From the IMG/VR virus record IMGVR_UViG_3300030382_003857: a stretch of DNA of 20,000 bases; one strand, written 5' to 3'. The DNA is from an uncultured virus (IMG/VR IMGVR_UViG_3300030382_003857) (Duplodnaviria > Heunggongvirae > Uroviricota > Caudoviricetes). A program made the translations under genes and the position numbers. Below are positions 1 through 8,293 of the stretch, one piece after another (positions within the stretch are counted from its first letter, which is position 1; every line of letters begins with the position of its first letter). The notes beneath the pieces were generated by a model. The model was not told the DNA's origin and searched no databases. It saw only the letters and a program-made list of their open reading frames with translations.

Positions 1-942
1 GATCAAATCAAAAACTCTTTTAAATTTTTTCTGTTGGCCATAGAAAAAGGCAGCTCCTTTTTTTCTCATATCAGATTGAGATTTTGGATCTGCCCCTTCG
101 ATGATGCCTGCACCTAAAATCGCATCGGCTCTAGAAACAAATTCTCCGTCAGCTAATTGTGCTAACATAGTATCTTCATCTTTGTCTCCAGTTCCTGATC
201 CATCTTCTACATAACCTTGTGCTCTAATATAGTTGTGCGGATCTTTTTCATCATGACTTATTTTGGATGGAAGATAACTCACTCCACCTTCTTTAAATTT
301 TTGTACCGCGACTAAGCCCCCTTGATTATAAGCTGTTGCAAATTTATCGTACACGGCTTGGTCAGTATATAAACCTCTGTTAGGGTATTTTGCATAGGAT
401 GATAATCCTTCTAAGCTTTTCATTTGTTCATCATATGCTTTTTTATAATCTTCTTTAGACCATTTATTAATTCCTACTTTATCAAATTCTTCTTCTCCAC
501 CTAAGAGTTCGGCTCCTAATACTGTTGCCCCTAAACCAGTTCCGAGTTTTGCTCCAGGACTCATGTTAGACCATACGCCGTCTTTACCAAAAAAACCGCC
601 TACTCTTTCTCCTGGATTAGGAATTACTCCTGATTCTTTTCCCATTAACATGTTGTATGCTTGAGATTGTTGTGGGCCAAGACCAAAGAATTTTCCAATT
701 CCAGTCTGTTGCATTTGTCCCCACATGTTTTGATTAGCTGCTCCACCTAAAAAATTACCGCTCTGAAACATTGCAGGCATTGAACTTGCTTTACCAAAGG
801 CTTGCATACCAGGCACACCTGCCATACCCCCTAATTGGCCTAGGCCACCGATCATAAAAGCATCACGTAGGGAACGACCCGTGGATTTACCACGTAGTTT
901 TTGAATACCGAATGTAGCTACTGCAAGTGTTAATGGATCCAT
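1..942 (-). CDS. Putative internal virion/DNA-ejection-type protein, runs off the window (at least 314 aa)
   Basis: Not in the ORF track. Manual translation from ATG 942 is open to base 1: MDPLTLAVATFGIQKLRGKS..., a Gly/Met-rich N-half, then YNQGGLVAVQKFKEGGV and GYVEDGSGTGDKDEDTMLAQLADGEFVSRADAILGAG. The latter resembles the GPGTGTSDSIPAMLSDGEFV motif of tape-measure/internal virion proteins. Confidence 0.7.
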   Translation of the reverse strand, partial: MDPLTLAVATFGIQKLRGKSTGRSLRDAFMIGGLGQLGGMAGVPGMQAFGKASSMPAMFQSGNFLGGAANQNMWGQMQQTGIGKFFGLGPQQSQAYNMLMGKESGVIPNPGERVGGFFGKDGVWSNMSPGAKLGTGLGATVLGAELLGGEEEFDKVGINKWSKEDYKKAYDEQMKSLEGLSSYAKYPNRGLYTDQAVYDKFATAYNQGGLVAVQKFKEGGVSYLPSKISHDEKDPHNYIRAQGYVEDGSGTGDKDEDTMLAQLADGEFVSRADAILGAGIIEGADPKSQSDMRKKGAAFFYGQQKKFKRVFDLI

Positions 943-968
943 AATATATATATATTTCTGTATCTTTT

Positions 969-997
969 ATTTTACCTTGATTAGTGGCTTTGATCAA
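969..997 (-). promoter_or_regulatory. Sigma70-like promoter upstream of the 1-942 gene
   Basis: Minus strand TTGATC (997-992), 17-nt spacer, TAAAAT (974-969), in one of the few intergenic gaps. Confidence 0.6.
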
Positions 998-999
998 TA

Positions 1000-1875
1000 T
1001 CAGCGGATTTTTATAGGAGACTTACCCTTGATCGATTTAAGAGGTGGTTTAACTTCTTTTGGTGGTGTTTTCTTATCCTTATCTTCATTTCCTATACGAT
1101 GAAACTCTTGAAGAAGCTTACCTTGATAAGGATATTCTCCCATATGTTGGATAGGTTCATCAACTAATGCATATATTTCGCCTCCTAACTTAGTCCACAA
1201 TTTACAAAAGTAAAAGTCTTCACCAGTATAAGTTTTAGTTTCAGGATCATGATATGAATCAAAGAAATTATAATAGTTCGGACGGGTTGCCATTTTACCA
1301 TTAATAATAGTATGTTGAGTAATACTTAATTCAGGATATGCCTTTTTCATTTTTTCAAATGCAGATCGTTTAATCATCATACAGCCTGCAGGGCCACGTT
1401 TAATTTTCATAAACCCCTCTTTTAAAGTAAAGCTATCAGGATTTTCTAATTCAACTGGAAAGATTAAACCCATTGATTCAACATTATCTTCTTGTCTTTT
1501 TTTATAATCAACATCAAATTTGGTACGGTTAAGTGTTTTCATAGGGTATGGAACAACAGTTACTTCATGGGGGCTTTCATACATTCTATAAATAGAACGT
1601 GTATTAAAACAAATATCCGCATCAATAAAACACATCTGTTTAGCATCTGATTCTAAAAAAGCAGATACACATAAATTACGTCCTTGTGTAACTAAACTAC
1701 TTTGCATTAATTGAAAGGTAATATTTAAGTTATTAAAAAGACAATCTTTTTGAAGATCTAAACAAGACTTCATATAATGTAAACTAACTTGAGAATGAAC
1801 AGGAGTTGCTACAAACAAAGACTCATTACTATTCGCTACTTCTTTAACTTTTTTGTCGTTTCGTTTCATATTCAT
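1000..1875 (-). CDS. GT-A fold (GT2-like) glycosyltransferase
   Basis: N-terminal FVATP strand, GRN motif, DxD motif (CFIDADI), AGCMMIKR and GEDFYFC motifs. Lys/Pro-rich C-terminal tail. Confidence 0.7.
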   Translation of the reverse strand: MNMKRNDKKVKEVANSNESLFVATPVHSQVSLHYMKSCLDLQKDCLFNNLNITFQLMQSSLVTQGRNLCVSAFLESDAKQMCFIDADICFNTRSIYRMYESPHEVTVVPYPMKTLNRTKFDVDYKKRQEDNVESMGLIFPVELENPDSFTLKEGFMKIKRGPAGCMMIKRSAFEKMKKAYPELSITQHTIINGKMATRPNYYNFFDSYHDPETKTYTGEDFYFCKLWTKLGGEIYALVDEPIQHMGEYPYQGKLLQEFHRIGNEDKDKKTPPKEVKPPLKSIKGKSPIKIR

Positions 1876-2800
1876 AAATTGCTCCTTTTAAAAAGTTAGT
1901 CCAATATGTTCCTATTTGTTTCCAATCATAAAATTTACGATAGTAATCTTGTTGAAATTTAATTTCATTTCCTACTTTTAAATTAAAAATATGGTTTTTA
2001 CAATCTAAGATTGTATTGGCAGTAAGCTGAGTTAACGCCTTTTTATCCTTATTATAAGGCATATAGACTGGAAACTCTGCACAGGTTTCAGGTAAAGCGC
2101 CGAGATCCGTGGTTATTACAATCAAACCTGCAGCTAATGATTCCAGAGCTGAGATACAAAAAGTTTCTTCCCATGTCGAAGGGTGACAATTCACATGGTA
2201 TTTAGGAAGCTCTTGTAATAATGCTTTGTGATCACAATAACCTTTATAATTAACATTAGGTAAAGCCTTAGCTTTTTTATAAAGATCTAAATAATGATTA
2301 TCATTAGATTCTTTAAAAGCATCTCCATAAATTTGGGTACTAGAAAAAACATCTAAAACAATATCCTTTTCTTTTTTTAATATTTCCATAGCTCCTAATA
2401 AAACATCTAAACCACGCCAGGGGGTAGATAGATAAACTATTTTTAAAGGAGGATTAATATCTAGTTCTTCTTTAATAACTAATTCATCATAATCAATTCC
2501 ATTTTTAATTATTAAGCATCGATCATGTGGAATATCAAATGCATATCTATATTTTTCATAAGACCAATGTGAATTAAAAACATAGTAATCATATTTTTTA
2601 TGATTACTTTTCTTTTGAAACCAAGGATTAACATTAGGTTGATCATATGAATTCTTTAACCATAAAATATTTGGTTTCATAGGATGCAAAGGTTCTTTTT
2701 CTGGAATAGAAGTTGTAATTTGAACCTTATCTAAAAATTTATAAGGAACATATTTGCGTAAATAATCTAACTGTATTTCTGTGCCACCGTATGCTTGCAT
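1844..2800 (-). CDS. GT-B fold glycosyltransferase (GT4 / Glycos_transf_1)
   Basis: GGTE N-terminal motif, FNSHW, IIKNGID, STPWRGL, and the E-x7-E signature in PSTWEETFCISALESLAAG...TTDLGALPE. Confidence 0.9.
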   Translation of the reverse strand: MQAYGGTEIQLDYLRKYVPYKFLDKVQITTSIPEKEPLHPMKPNILWLKNSYDQPNVNPWFQKKSNHKKYDYYVFNSHWSYEKYRYAFDIPHDRCLIIKNGIDYDELVIKEELDINPPLKIVYLSTPWRGLDVLLGAMEILKKEKDIVLDVFSSTQIYGDAFKESNDNHYLDLYKKAKALPNVNYKGYCDHKALLQELPKYHVNCHPSTWEETFCISALESLAAGLIVITTDLGALPETCAEFPVYMPYNKDKKALTQLTANTILDCKNHIFNLKVGNEIKFQQDYYRKFYDWKQIGTYWTNFLKGAIYEYETKRQKS

Positions 2801-3408
2801 TAATTATTCCATAATTTTATATTACCAGCGATAGTTATACGATAATTATTGCTAGTATAAAAGGGGTAAACACAATGAAGCATTGAGGCAGGAAAAATGT
2901 AGATAAAACCTTCATAACTTTTATCAACAGGAATATCTTGTGTTTTGATGCCCCCAAAAGAATCAAGATAAAAAAATTGAAGATGACTTACTAAATTACT
3001 ATTCGCTTGTTTACCCGGGCCTTTCTCTAATTCTTCTTTCAAATCATATGGAATTTTCATAAAAATAACAAAAGAAAATAATCCTGAATGATCATGAGCC
3101 GGATTAAACTCAGTCTTTTTTTGAAAATTAACCCATAAAGAGTGAAGATAAAGTCGAGCATCTAATCTAAGAAAAGTGCTTCTTTTTAAATATTTTACAA
3201 AGACAGGAGAGTTTGCAATTTGACTTGTTAAAAATTGTTCAAGTTCCGGATACACTGGATCTAAATGATATTCATTAACAATATTACCTGCTAAAGTTTT
3301 TTGTGCACCTTTTAACTTTTTTTTATTTTTAATTAATGCTTTAAGATGTGTAAAGATTGTATCCGGAAGTTTTGTATCATGGATTCCAATATGCCTACAA
3401 TCAATCAT
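2800..3408 (-). CDS. Putative 2OG-Fe(II) oxygenase (TIGR02466 / 2OG-FeII_Oxy_5-like)
   Basis: WVNFQKKTEFNPAHDHSG (H-x-H), FPASMLHCVYPF and RITIAGNI. Start moved from 3441 to ATG 3408, which overlaps the end of the upstream gene. Confidence 0.8.
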   Translation of the reverse strand: MIDCRHIGIHDTKLPDTIFTHLKALIKNKKKLKGAQKTLAGNIVNEYHLDPVYPELEQFLTSQIANSPVFVKYLKRSTFLRLDARLYLHSLWVNFQKKTEFNPAHDHSGLFSFVIFMKIPYDLKEELEKGPGKQANSNLVSHLQFFYLDSFGGIKTQDIPVDKSYEGFIYIFPASMLHCVYPFYTSNNYRITIAGNIKLWNN

Positions 3409-3622
3409 TCTTTGTTTTACCAAATACTTGCAGAGATGCAACTGTTATTTCTACATCTTGTTGTAAATCTGCATTAGTTGTATCTGTATTTGGATTAGCA
3501 ACATCTTGATCAAATTCTTCTTTTGAAGCATAAACGTGTCCTGTTCTTTTATGCTTAACAATTTCTTTGGCTTTAGCAGGTAAGACAGGTACCTCTTTAC
3601 CATCTACAATAATTTTTTTCAT
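3401..3622 (-). CDS. Hypothetical phage protein (73 aa)
   Basis: ORF coupled at both ends (ATGA at 3619-3622), with AAGGAG SD upstream. Confidence 0.75.
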   Translation of the reverse strand: MKKIIVDGKEVPVLPAKAKEIVKHKRTGHVYASKEEFDQDVANPNTDTTNADLQQDVEITVASLQVFGKTKND

Positions 3623-3762
3623 TTTTTTCTTACTCCTTGTCCTCTATTTCTACCACGTTTGGGGATGCGCTTTCCATAACTTTTTGCATGACGCCCCGGT
3701 CTTTTTTTAGGTGTTCGTTTTTTATAACTAGATACACCATATTTTGGTTTTTTTCTAGCCAT
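3619..3762 (-). CDS. Small highly basic peptide (47 aa)
   Basis: Not in the track. MARKKPKYGVSSYKKRTPKKRPGRHAKSYGKRIPKRGRNRGQGVRKK fills the gap exactly and overlaps both neighbours. Confidence 0.75.
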   Translation of the reverse strand: MARKKPKYGVSSYKKRTPKKRPGRHAKSYGKRIPKRGRNRGQGVRKK

Positions 3763-4096
3763 TTTCTTGTGATCGATCTATTTGCGCATAGCTTATAATT
3801 CCTTGTATTTTATTAATTGTACCACAAGTCATTTTTATTACGTCGCTTTCTTCTAAAACTAAAGTGTTAATAACAACATCTGTTGTGCTGTTAGCTCCAA
3901 TACTTTTATTACTAATTCTATAAGTAGCAGGTGCTGAACTATCTGTTACTTCTACAGTGACAGCAAGAGCCCCCGAGTCTATATTGGATAATTGCATTTG
4001 TTTAACTAACAGTCTTGCATTAGCAGGAGATGTTAAAACACTTACCGTGTTTGTAGTTGTTAAACTTATACCTTGATTTTTATATTGAATTGTCAT
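3755..4096 (-). CDS. Hypothetical beta-rich protein, probably virion structural (113 aa)
   Basis: Thr/Ser/Val-rich. Start reassigned to MTIQYKNQG at ATG 4096, an ATGA overlap with the upstream small ORF. Confidence 0.7.
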   Translation of the reverse strand: MTIQYKNQGISLTTTNTVSVLTSPANARLLVKQMQLSNIDSGALAVTVEVTDSSAPATYRISNKSIGANSTTDVVINTLVLEESDVIKMTCGTINKIQGIISYAQIDRSQENG

Positions 4097-4257
4097 GAAA
4101 TAAACCAATTAAAAAGTTGTTGATCTTGCATTAAATCATGTTGATAAGATGTATTTAATTGTTGTTTAATAGTCGTTAATGATTCTTGAATCTGTCTTTG
4201 ATTCGAAGGATCATATTGTGGTGCCGGTTCAGGAATTATTGCATCTATTTTAGCCAT
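4093..4257 (-). CDS. Small hypothetical protein (54 aa), helical, probably tail-associated
   Basis: Not in the track. MAKIDAIIPEPAPQYDPSNQRQIQESLTTIKQQLNTSYQHDLMQDQQLFNWFIS, with a TAATG overlap at the start and an ATGA overlap at the end. Confidence 0.8.
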   Translation of the reverse strand: MAKIDAIIPEPAPQYDPSNQRQIQESLTTIKQQLNTSYQHDLMQDQQLFNWFIS

Positions 4258-6173
4258 TATCTCATTCCATCTGGTTGTGAATCAAATCTAAATAAACCGA
4301 AACGCCAATTACCATCCATATCATTTGATTCTATTTTTAAACTTGCTTGACGACTTCTGGCTCTCGTGTCTACTTTAGTTGTTGAGGAACTAATTGTAAA
4401 GGGGCCTAAAGGTGAACTCACTTGAGTTTGCGATGGATATTTTCTAAGATTAATAGTGACGTTTGCAGTTCCATTTAAATATTTAAAGTCAGGTATAAAT
4501 CTTCTTACACTCATAAAATATTCACCATCTCCATCTACATCTAAATCAAAATCTCCTGAACTAATAGAAGAACTAATGACCGAAGAAACATATCCAGTAG
4601 TATAAAATCTTACTTCGTTTGTTCCTCTTTCGTGTTCATACAAAATAGAAGAATTATAAGAAGCTTTGACGCCGGTAATAGTAGGAAAGTTTGGAGTTAC
4701 ATTTGATAACAAATCCGTGGCAAGTGGAAATGCTTCTACACCAGAGTCAACCCAAACGGTTCGATCTAAAGTTCCTGTTGTCCAAATATTTCCATCATAA
4801 TTATAAGTCACGACTCGATCAATATTACTACTTCCATTTTTTGCATAGAACCACATCACTTCACTATAAAGGTTGTTATGACCAGCATAAATAATATCAC
4901 TAGCTGTTGCAGAATTTAATCCTAAATTATTTCCATTAGTTGTAAAAACAAAATCTTCAACTAAGCATGGAAGTGATTTAACTGTTCCATCAAAGACGAA
5001 GAATCCTCCTGAGACTCCCATCCAAAATACTTTACCATTAGCATAGATTGCACTATGTGCACTCATACATCCACAATCGGAGCCAACTTGTCGAATAGAA
5101 AATGTATAAGGTGGCCCTACAAATTGCATAATGTAAGCGGCTTTATCCGTTAAAATTAAAGTATAATCTTTTCCATGAACGGCGGCGACAATACTTGTTC
5201 CTTGATCAATTCTCATAGATCCTGCAGTGTTAGTTGATTTAGCGGTATACTCACTAATATCTTCTTGGTCAGAAAATCTAATAAACATTTTATCTTGTGT
5301 AGTAGGACTACCAATTACAGTTTCAGTTCCTAAAAAAATTAAATGTCTGTCTTTATCTGATACAATTGTTGACACACTAGCTGTCGGAGCATTACTTACA
5401 AGTGTGGCTCGTGTGGAAAGAGCTGCACCTGCTGAAGGATCCCATTGAAATGTTTTACCATTATGGATAGTTGCAATTAAGTTTTCTCCATAATTATCTA
5501 ATGACCATTGTGCAGCATCGAGAACCGTGCTTGTTGAAGGCCGTGCTGTGCCCCATGTTGATAAGTTCCAGGTACTCGTACCCCAACCATAAGCAAAAGT
5601 TTGAATACTTGGGCCGATAAATTCATAAGGTTTAATATCTACATTCCCTGCAGCAGTGACTCCGGCTCCCGTTTCCGTAGTTGGCATTTTAATTTCAAAA
5701 GTGTTGGTTGCTACAGTTTGAATAGCAAACGTTGTGCCTGTAAAATTGGCTGCAGTAAAATTGGATCCTGCTGGAATAGTAATATTAGAAAATAAAATTA
5801 ACCGATCATCATTTAAAGCATGAGAAGTTTTATTAATTGTAACAGTGCTGGATCCTGTTGTTGACGTGTAAGTACACGTAGCTATTGTGGTTCCTAATGG
5901 AGTAATATCATAGCATGCTCCTCCGGTATAAATTGCTAAAACTTTATCTGTGCCAAAGGCAGCGAGTTTAGTCCCAGCTAAATCTGTCCATGAATGACCT
6001 GCTCTAGCTGAACCAACTATTTTTGTGCTATTCGGTTGATACCATCCACCAATCTTTTCTGGAACAGCGTATCGAAAGCGTACATTATCTCCATCGATCC
6101 ATTGCCCTTCTGCTTGGGTAGGAGTATCTTGTTTATTAAATCCGGGTACAAATGCTACTTTTTTTAAAGGCAT
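4257..6173 (-). CDS. Tail nozzle / DNA stabilisation protein (P22 gp10-like, tail tubular protein B-like)
   Basis: 638 aa, beta-propeller-like pattern (WIDGDNVRF, IRFSDQED, CGCMS..., FWMG...FFVFDG, EVMWFY, YNY...W). Size and position fit. Family assignment is from motif recall. Confidence 0.65.
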   Translation of the reverse strand: MPLKKVAFVPGFNKQDTPTQAEGQWIDGDNVRFRYAVPEKIGGWYQPNSTKIVGSARAGHSWTDLAGTKLAAFGTDKVLAIYTGGACYDITPLGTTIATCTYTSTTGSSTVTINKTSHALNDDRLILFSNITIPAGSNFTAANFTGTTFAIQTVATNTFEIKMPTTETGAGVTAAGNVDIKPYEFIGPSIQTFAYGWGTSTWNLSTWGTARPSTSTVLDAAQWSLDNYGENLIATIHNGKTFQWDPSAGAALSTRATLVSNAPTASVSTIVSDKDRHLIFLGTETVIGSPTTQDKMFIRFSDQEDISEYTAKSTNTAGSMRIDQGTSIVAAVHGKDYTLILTDKAAYIMQFVGPPYTFSIRQVGSDCGCMSAHSAIYANGKVFWMGVSGGFFVFDGTVKSLPCLVEDFVFTTNGNNLGLNSATASDIIYAGHNNLYSEVMWFYAKNGSSNIDRVVTYNYDGNIWTTGTLDRTVWVDSGVEAFPLATDLLSNVTPNFPTITGVKASYNSSILYEHERGTNEVRFYTTGYVSSVISSSISSGDFDLDVDGDGEYFMSVRRFIPDFKYLNGTANVTINLRKYPSQTQVSSPLGPFTISSSTTKVDTRARSRQASLKIESNDMDGNWRFGLFRFDSQPDGMR

Positions 6174-6180
6174 AATCCAT

Positions 6181-6210
6181 AGTATATCACACTAACTTTG
6201 GCCCTGTTAA
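6181..6210 (-). promoter_or_regulatory. Extended -10 promoter, possibly leaderless, for the 638-aa tail gene
   Basis: Minus strand TTAACA (6210-6205), 18-nt spacer, TATACT (6186-6181) preceded by TG-n. Only 7 nt separate the -10 from ATG 6173. Confidence 0.5.
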
Positions 6211-6753
6211 CCATAGTGTAAGAGTATTTCTAGTACCTTTAGTAACGGGTGTTACTTTATGACATAGGAAGCTAGAAAACATAACCATATTACCAGGAGT
6301 TAATTCCTTTATTAGTGTTTTTCCTCCTCCCATATTAATACATAAGTCGCCTCCTTGATAGTCCTTCTCTGATAAATTTAAAAGGCACGTTAATTTGATA
6401 TCGGACACTGCGTTTTTTTCAGGTATCCCATCTAGATGCCATCCATACTCAGACTTTTTACCAGCTGAATAAGTATTATAATTTAAATATTCTCCGTCTA
6501 ATAAAGGATATAGATGATACCCCCAATTTAAAAAATTAGTATAGAGAGATTTATTAAAAAATTCTTTGAGAATAACTTCTATATGTCGATAAGGAATCAT
6601 TCTAACGGTAGAAGTTTTAAGCACATTAGAAGCGGGATTATCTTTTGCCTTAATTAAATGTTTATTAATATGTTTATTAATATCTTTAATTTGCTGTGGT
6701 GTATAAACTTTCCACCAATAATAGGCATGTCTTTTAACTGCTTTAGGATCCAT
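6187..6753 (-). CDS. 2OG-Fe(II) oxygenase (prolyl-4-hydroxylase/PKHD-type)
   Basis: YGWHLD (H-x-D), KLTCLLNLS...YQGGDL, HKVTPVTKGTR...W. Confidence 0.9.
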   Translation of the reverse strand: MDPKAVKRHAYYWWKVYTPQQIKDINKHINKHLIKAKDNPASNVLKTSTVRMIPYRHIEVILKEFFNKSLYTNFLNWGYHLYPLLDGEYLNYNTYSAGKKSEYGWHLDGIPEKNAVSDIKLTCLLNLSEKDYQGGDLCINMGGGKTLIKELTPGNMVMFSSFLCHKVTPVTKGTRNTLTLWLTGPKLV

Positions 6754-8293
6754 GTATCTTTTTTAAATATTCATATAAGGTTGGGTATTGTAAAACAGCT
6801 TTATTCCATAGTTCTTTACGTTTGTTCATTCGTTCTATAGGTTTTTTCCATGAATCATATAGTAGCTGTGGATCACTGACTAAATTCTCATGCATTAAAC
6901 TGACTAGGTCTGTAGGCCCCCAATTAAAACCAGCTGAAATACAGGTTAAACCTGAAGTAGGAGGATGAGTAAATTCCCATTCTCTATCAAATACAAATCG
7001 AGTAAAACCTGAATGAAGATAAGCTTTTAAATCTAATAATTCTTTAGACCATACTCGATTAAAATTTGCTTTCCAATAAGGAGTATCTTGTCGATGAGAT
7101 AAGGCATAATGCATAGCAACAAATTGAGAAAAAGAATGAAAGAAAGCTTTACAAGTAGCATTATAATTATCTTTATCCCATTGGGATATTTCTCCTCTAT
7201 CTAAATTACGACATAGTCGCCATAAAAATTCATGAACGGATAATAATCCATTACTTTCTAAAGGTTCAATAAACCCTGCTGATAATCCAATGGCACATAC
7301 ATTTTTTACAAAGAGTCTACGATGTAAGCCAACTCTCATTTTAATATTTTTAAATTCTAAATCTTCTCTTCCTAAATGGTTTTTAAATTCTTTTAAGGCA
7401 TCTTCATCAGAAACAAATTTATCTGAATAAACATACCCAGTTCCAATACGGCTCCATAAAGGAATATTCCAGACCCATCCATTTTCAATAGCAGTACAAT
7501 TGGTATAAGGAACTAATTGTTTTTTCTTATCCGTGTAGGGAACACGAGTTGCCCACGCTGAATTATTAGGTAACATGTCTGTGTAACTATCAAATGGTTC
7601 TTTTAATGCTCCTCCTAAAAGGAGAGATCTAAAACCAGTACAATCAATATATAAATCTGCTTTATGCTTATGATTTAATGATACGATTCCTTCTTTATTT
7701 TGTTCTATGGTTGTGATTTCTTCTTTAATATGCTTAACCCCTTTTGGAATAGCATAATGATCTCTCAGCCATAATCCAAATTTAGTGGCATCAAAATGAA
7801 AAGCACTATCACGATGATATTTAAAAGGAACAGAGCTTATTCTATTGGTAATTCTATTATTATTAACAAAGGCCATTTGAGGAAATATACAGTCAGCAAA
7901 ATCATTAAGTGGAGTATCAGGTTGACTAATCTTTTTAAACCACCAATCATTCGTTTGAGATACATTTTCATCAATAAATGGTCTACCAAAAGGAAAATGA
8001 AAGAATTGATTTTTTTTATAGAAATCAGTAAAGCGGATACTTAATTTAATACTCGCATCCGTATGAGGAATAAAATCATTATCTTGAATTCCGAGCATGC
8101 CTGTCCATCCTCTAATTTGACCTAAGGTACTTTCTCCTACTCCTACTGTAGGAATCTTGGGGGATTCAATTAAAGTAATATCATAATGAGGAAAAAAACG
8201 AATTAAGGTTGCTGCGGACATCCAGCCCGCTGATCCCCCTCCCACAATCATAATCTTTTTTTTAATAGACCCAGCCGGCATGTACACTTTCAT
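6743..8293 (-). CDS. Flavin-dependent tryptophan halogenase family protein (copy A)
   Basis: GGGSAG FAD motif, VGVGEST, catalytic-Lys region DASIKLSIRF, DCTGF, GWVWNIP (WxWxIP), GFIEPLESNG. Start could be 8293 or 8281. Confidence 0.92.
   Translation of the reverse strand: MKVYMPAGSIKKKIMIVGGGSAGWMSAATLIRFFPHYDITLIESPKIPTVGVGESTLGQIRGWTGMLGIQDNDFIPHTDASIKLSIRFTDFYKKNQFFHFPFGRPFIDENVSQTNDWWFKKISQPDTPLNDFADCIFPQMAFVNNNRITNRISSVPFKYHRDSAFHFDATKFGLWLRDHYAIPKGVKHIKEEITTIEQNKEGIVSLNHKHKADLYIDCTGFRSLLLGGALKEPFDSYTDMLPNNSAWATRVPYTDKKKQLVPYTNCTAIENGWVWNIPLWSRIGTGYVYSDKFVSDEDALKEFKNHLGREDLEFKNIKMRVGLHRRLFVKNVCAIGLSAGFIEPLESNGLLSVHEFLWRLCRNLDRGEISQWDKDNYNATCKAFFHSFSQFVAMHYALSHRQDTPYWKANFNRVWSKELLDLKAYLHSGFTRFVFDREWEFTHPPTSGLTCISAGFNWGPTDLVSLMHENLVSDPQLLYDSWKKPIERMNKRKELWNKAVLQYPTLYEYLKKIHGS

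Noticed and set aside
943..956. (AT)n run upstream of ATG 942
   Set aside because: Short low-complexity tract in AT-rich DNA with no supportable function.
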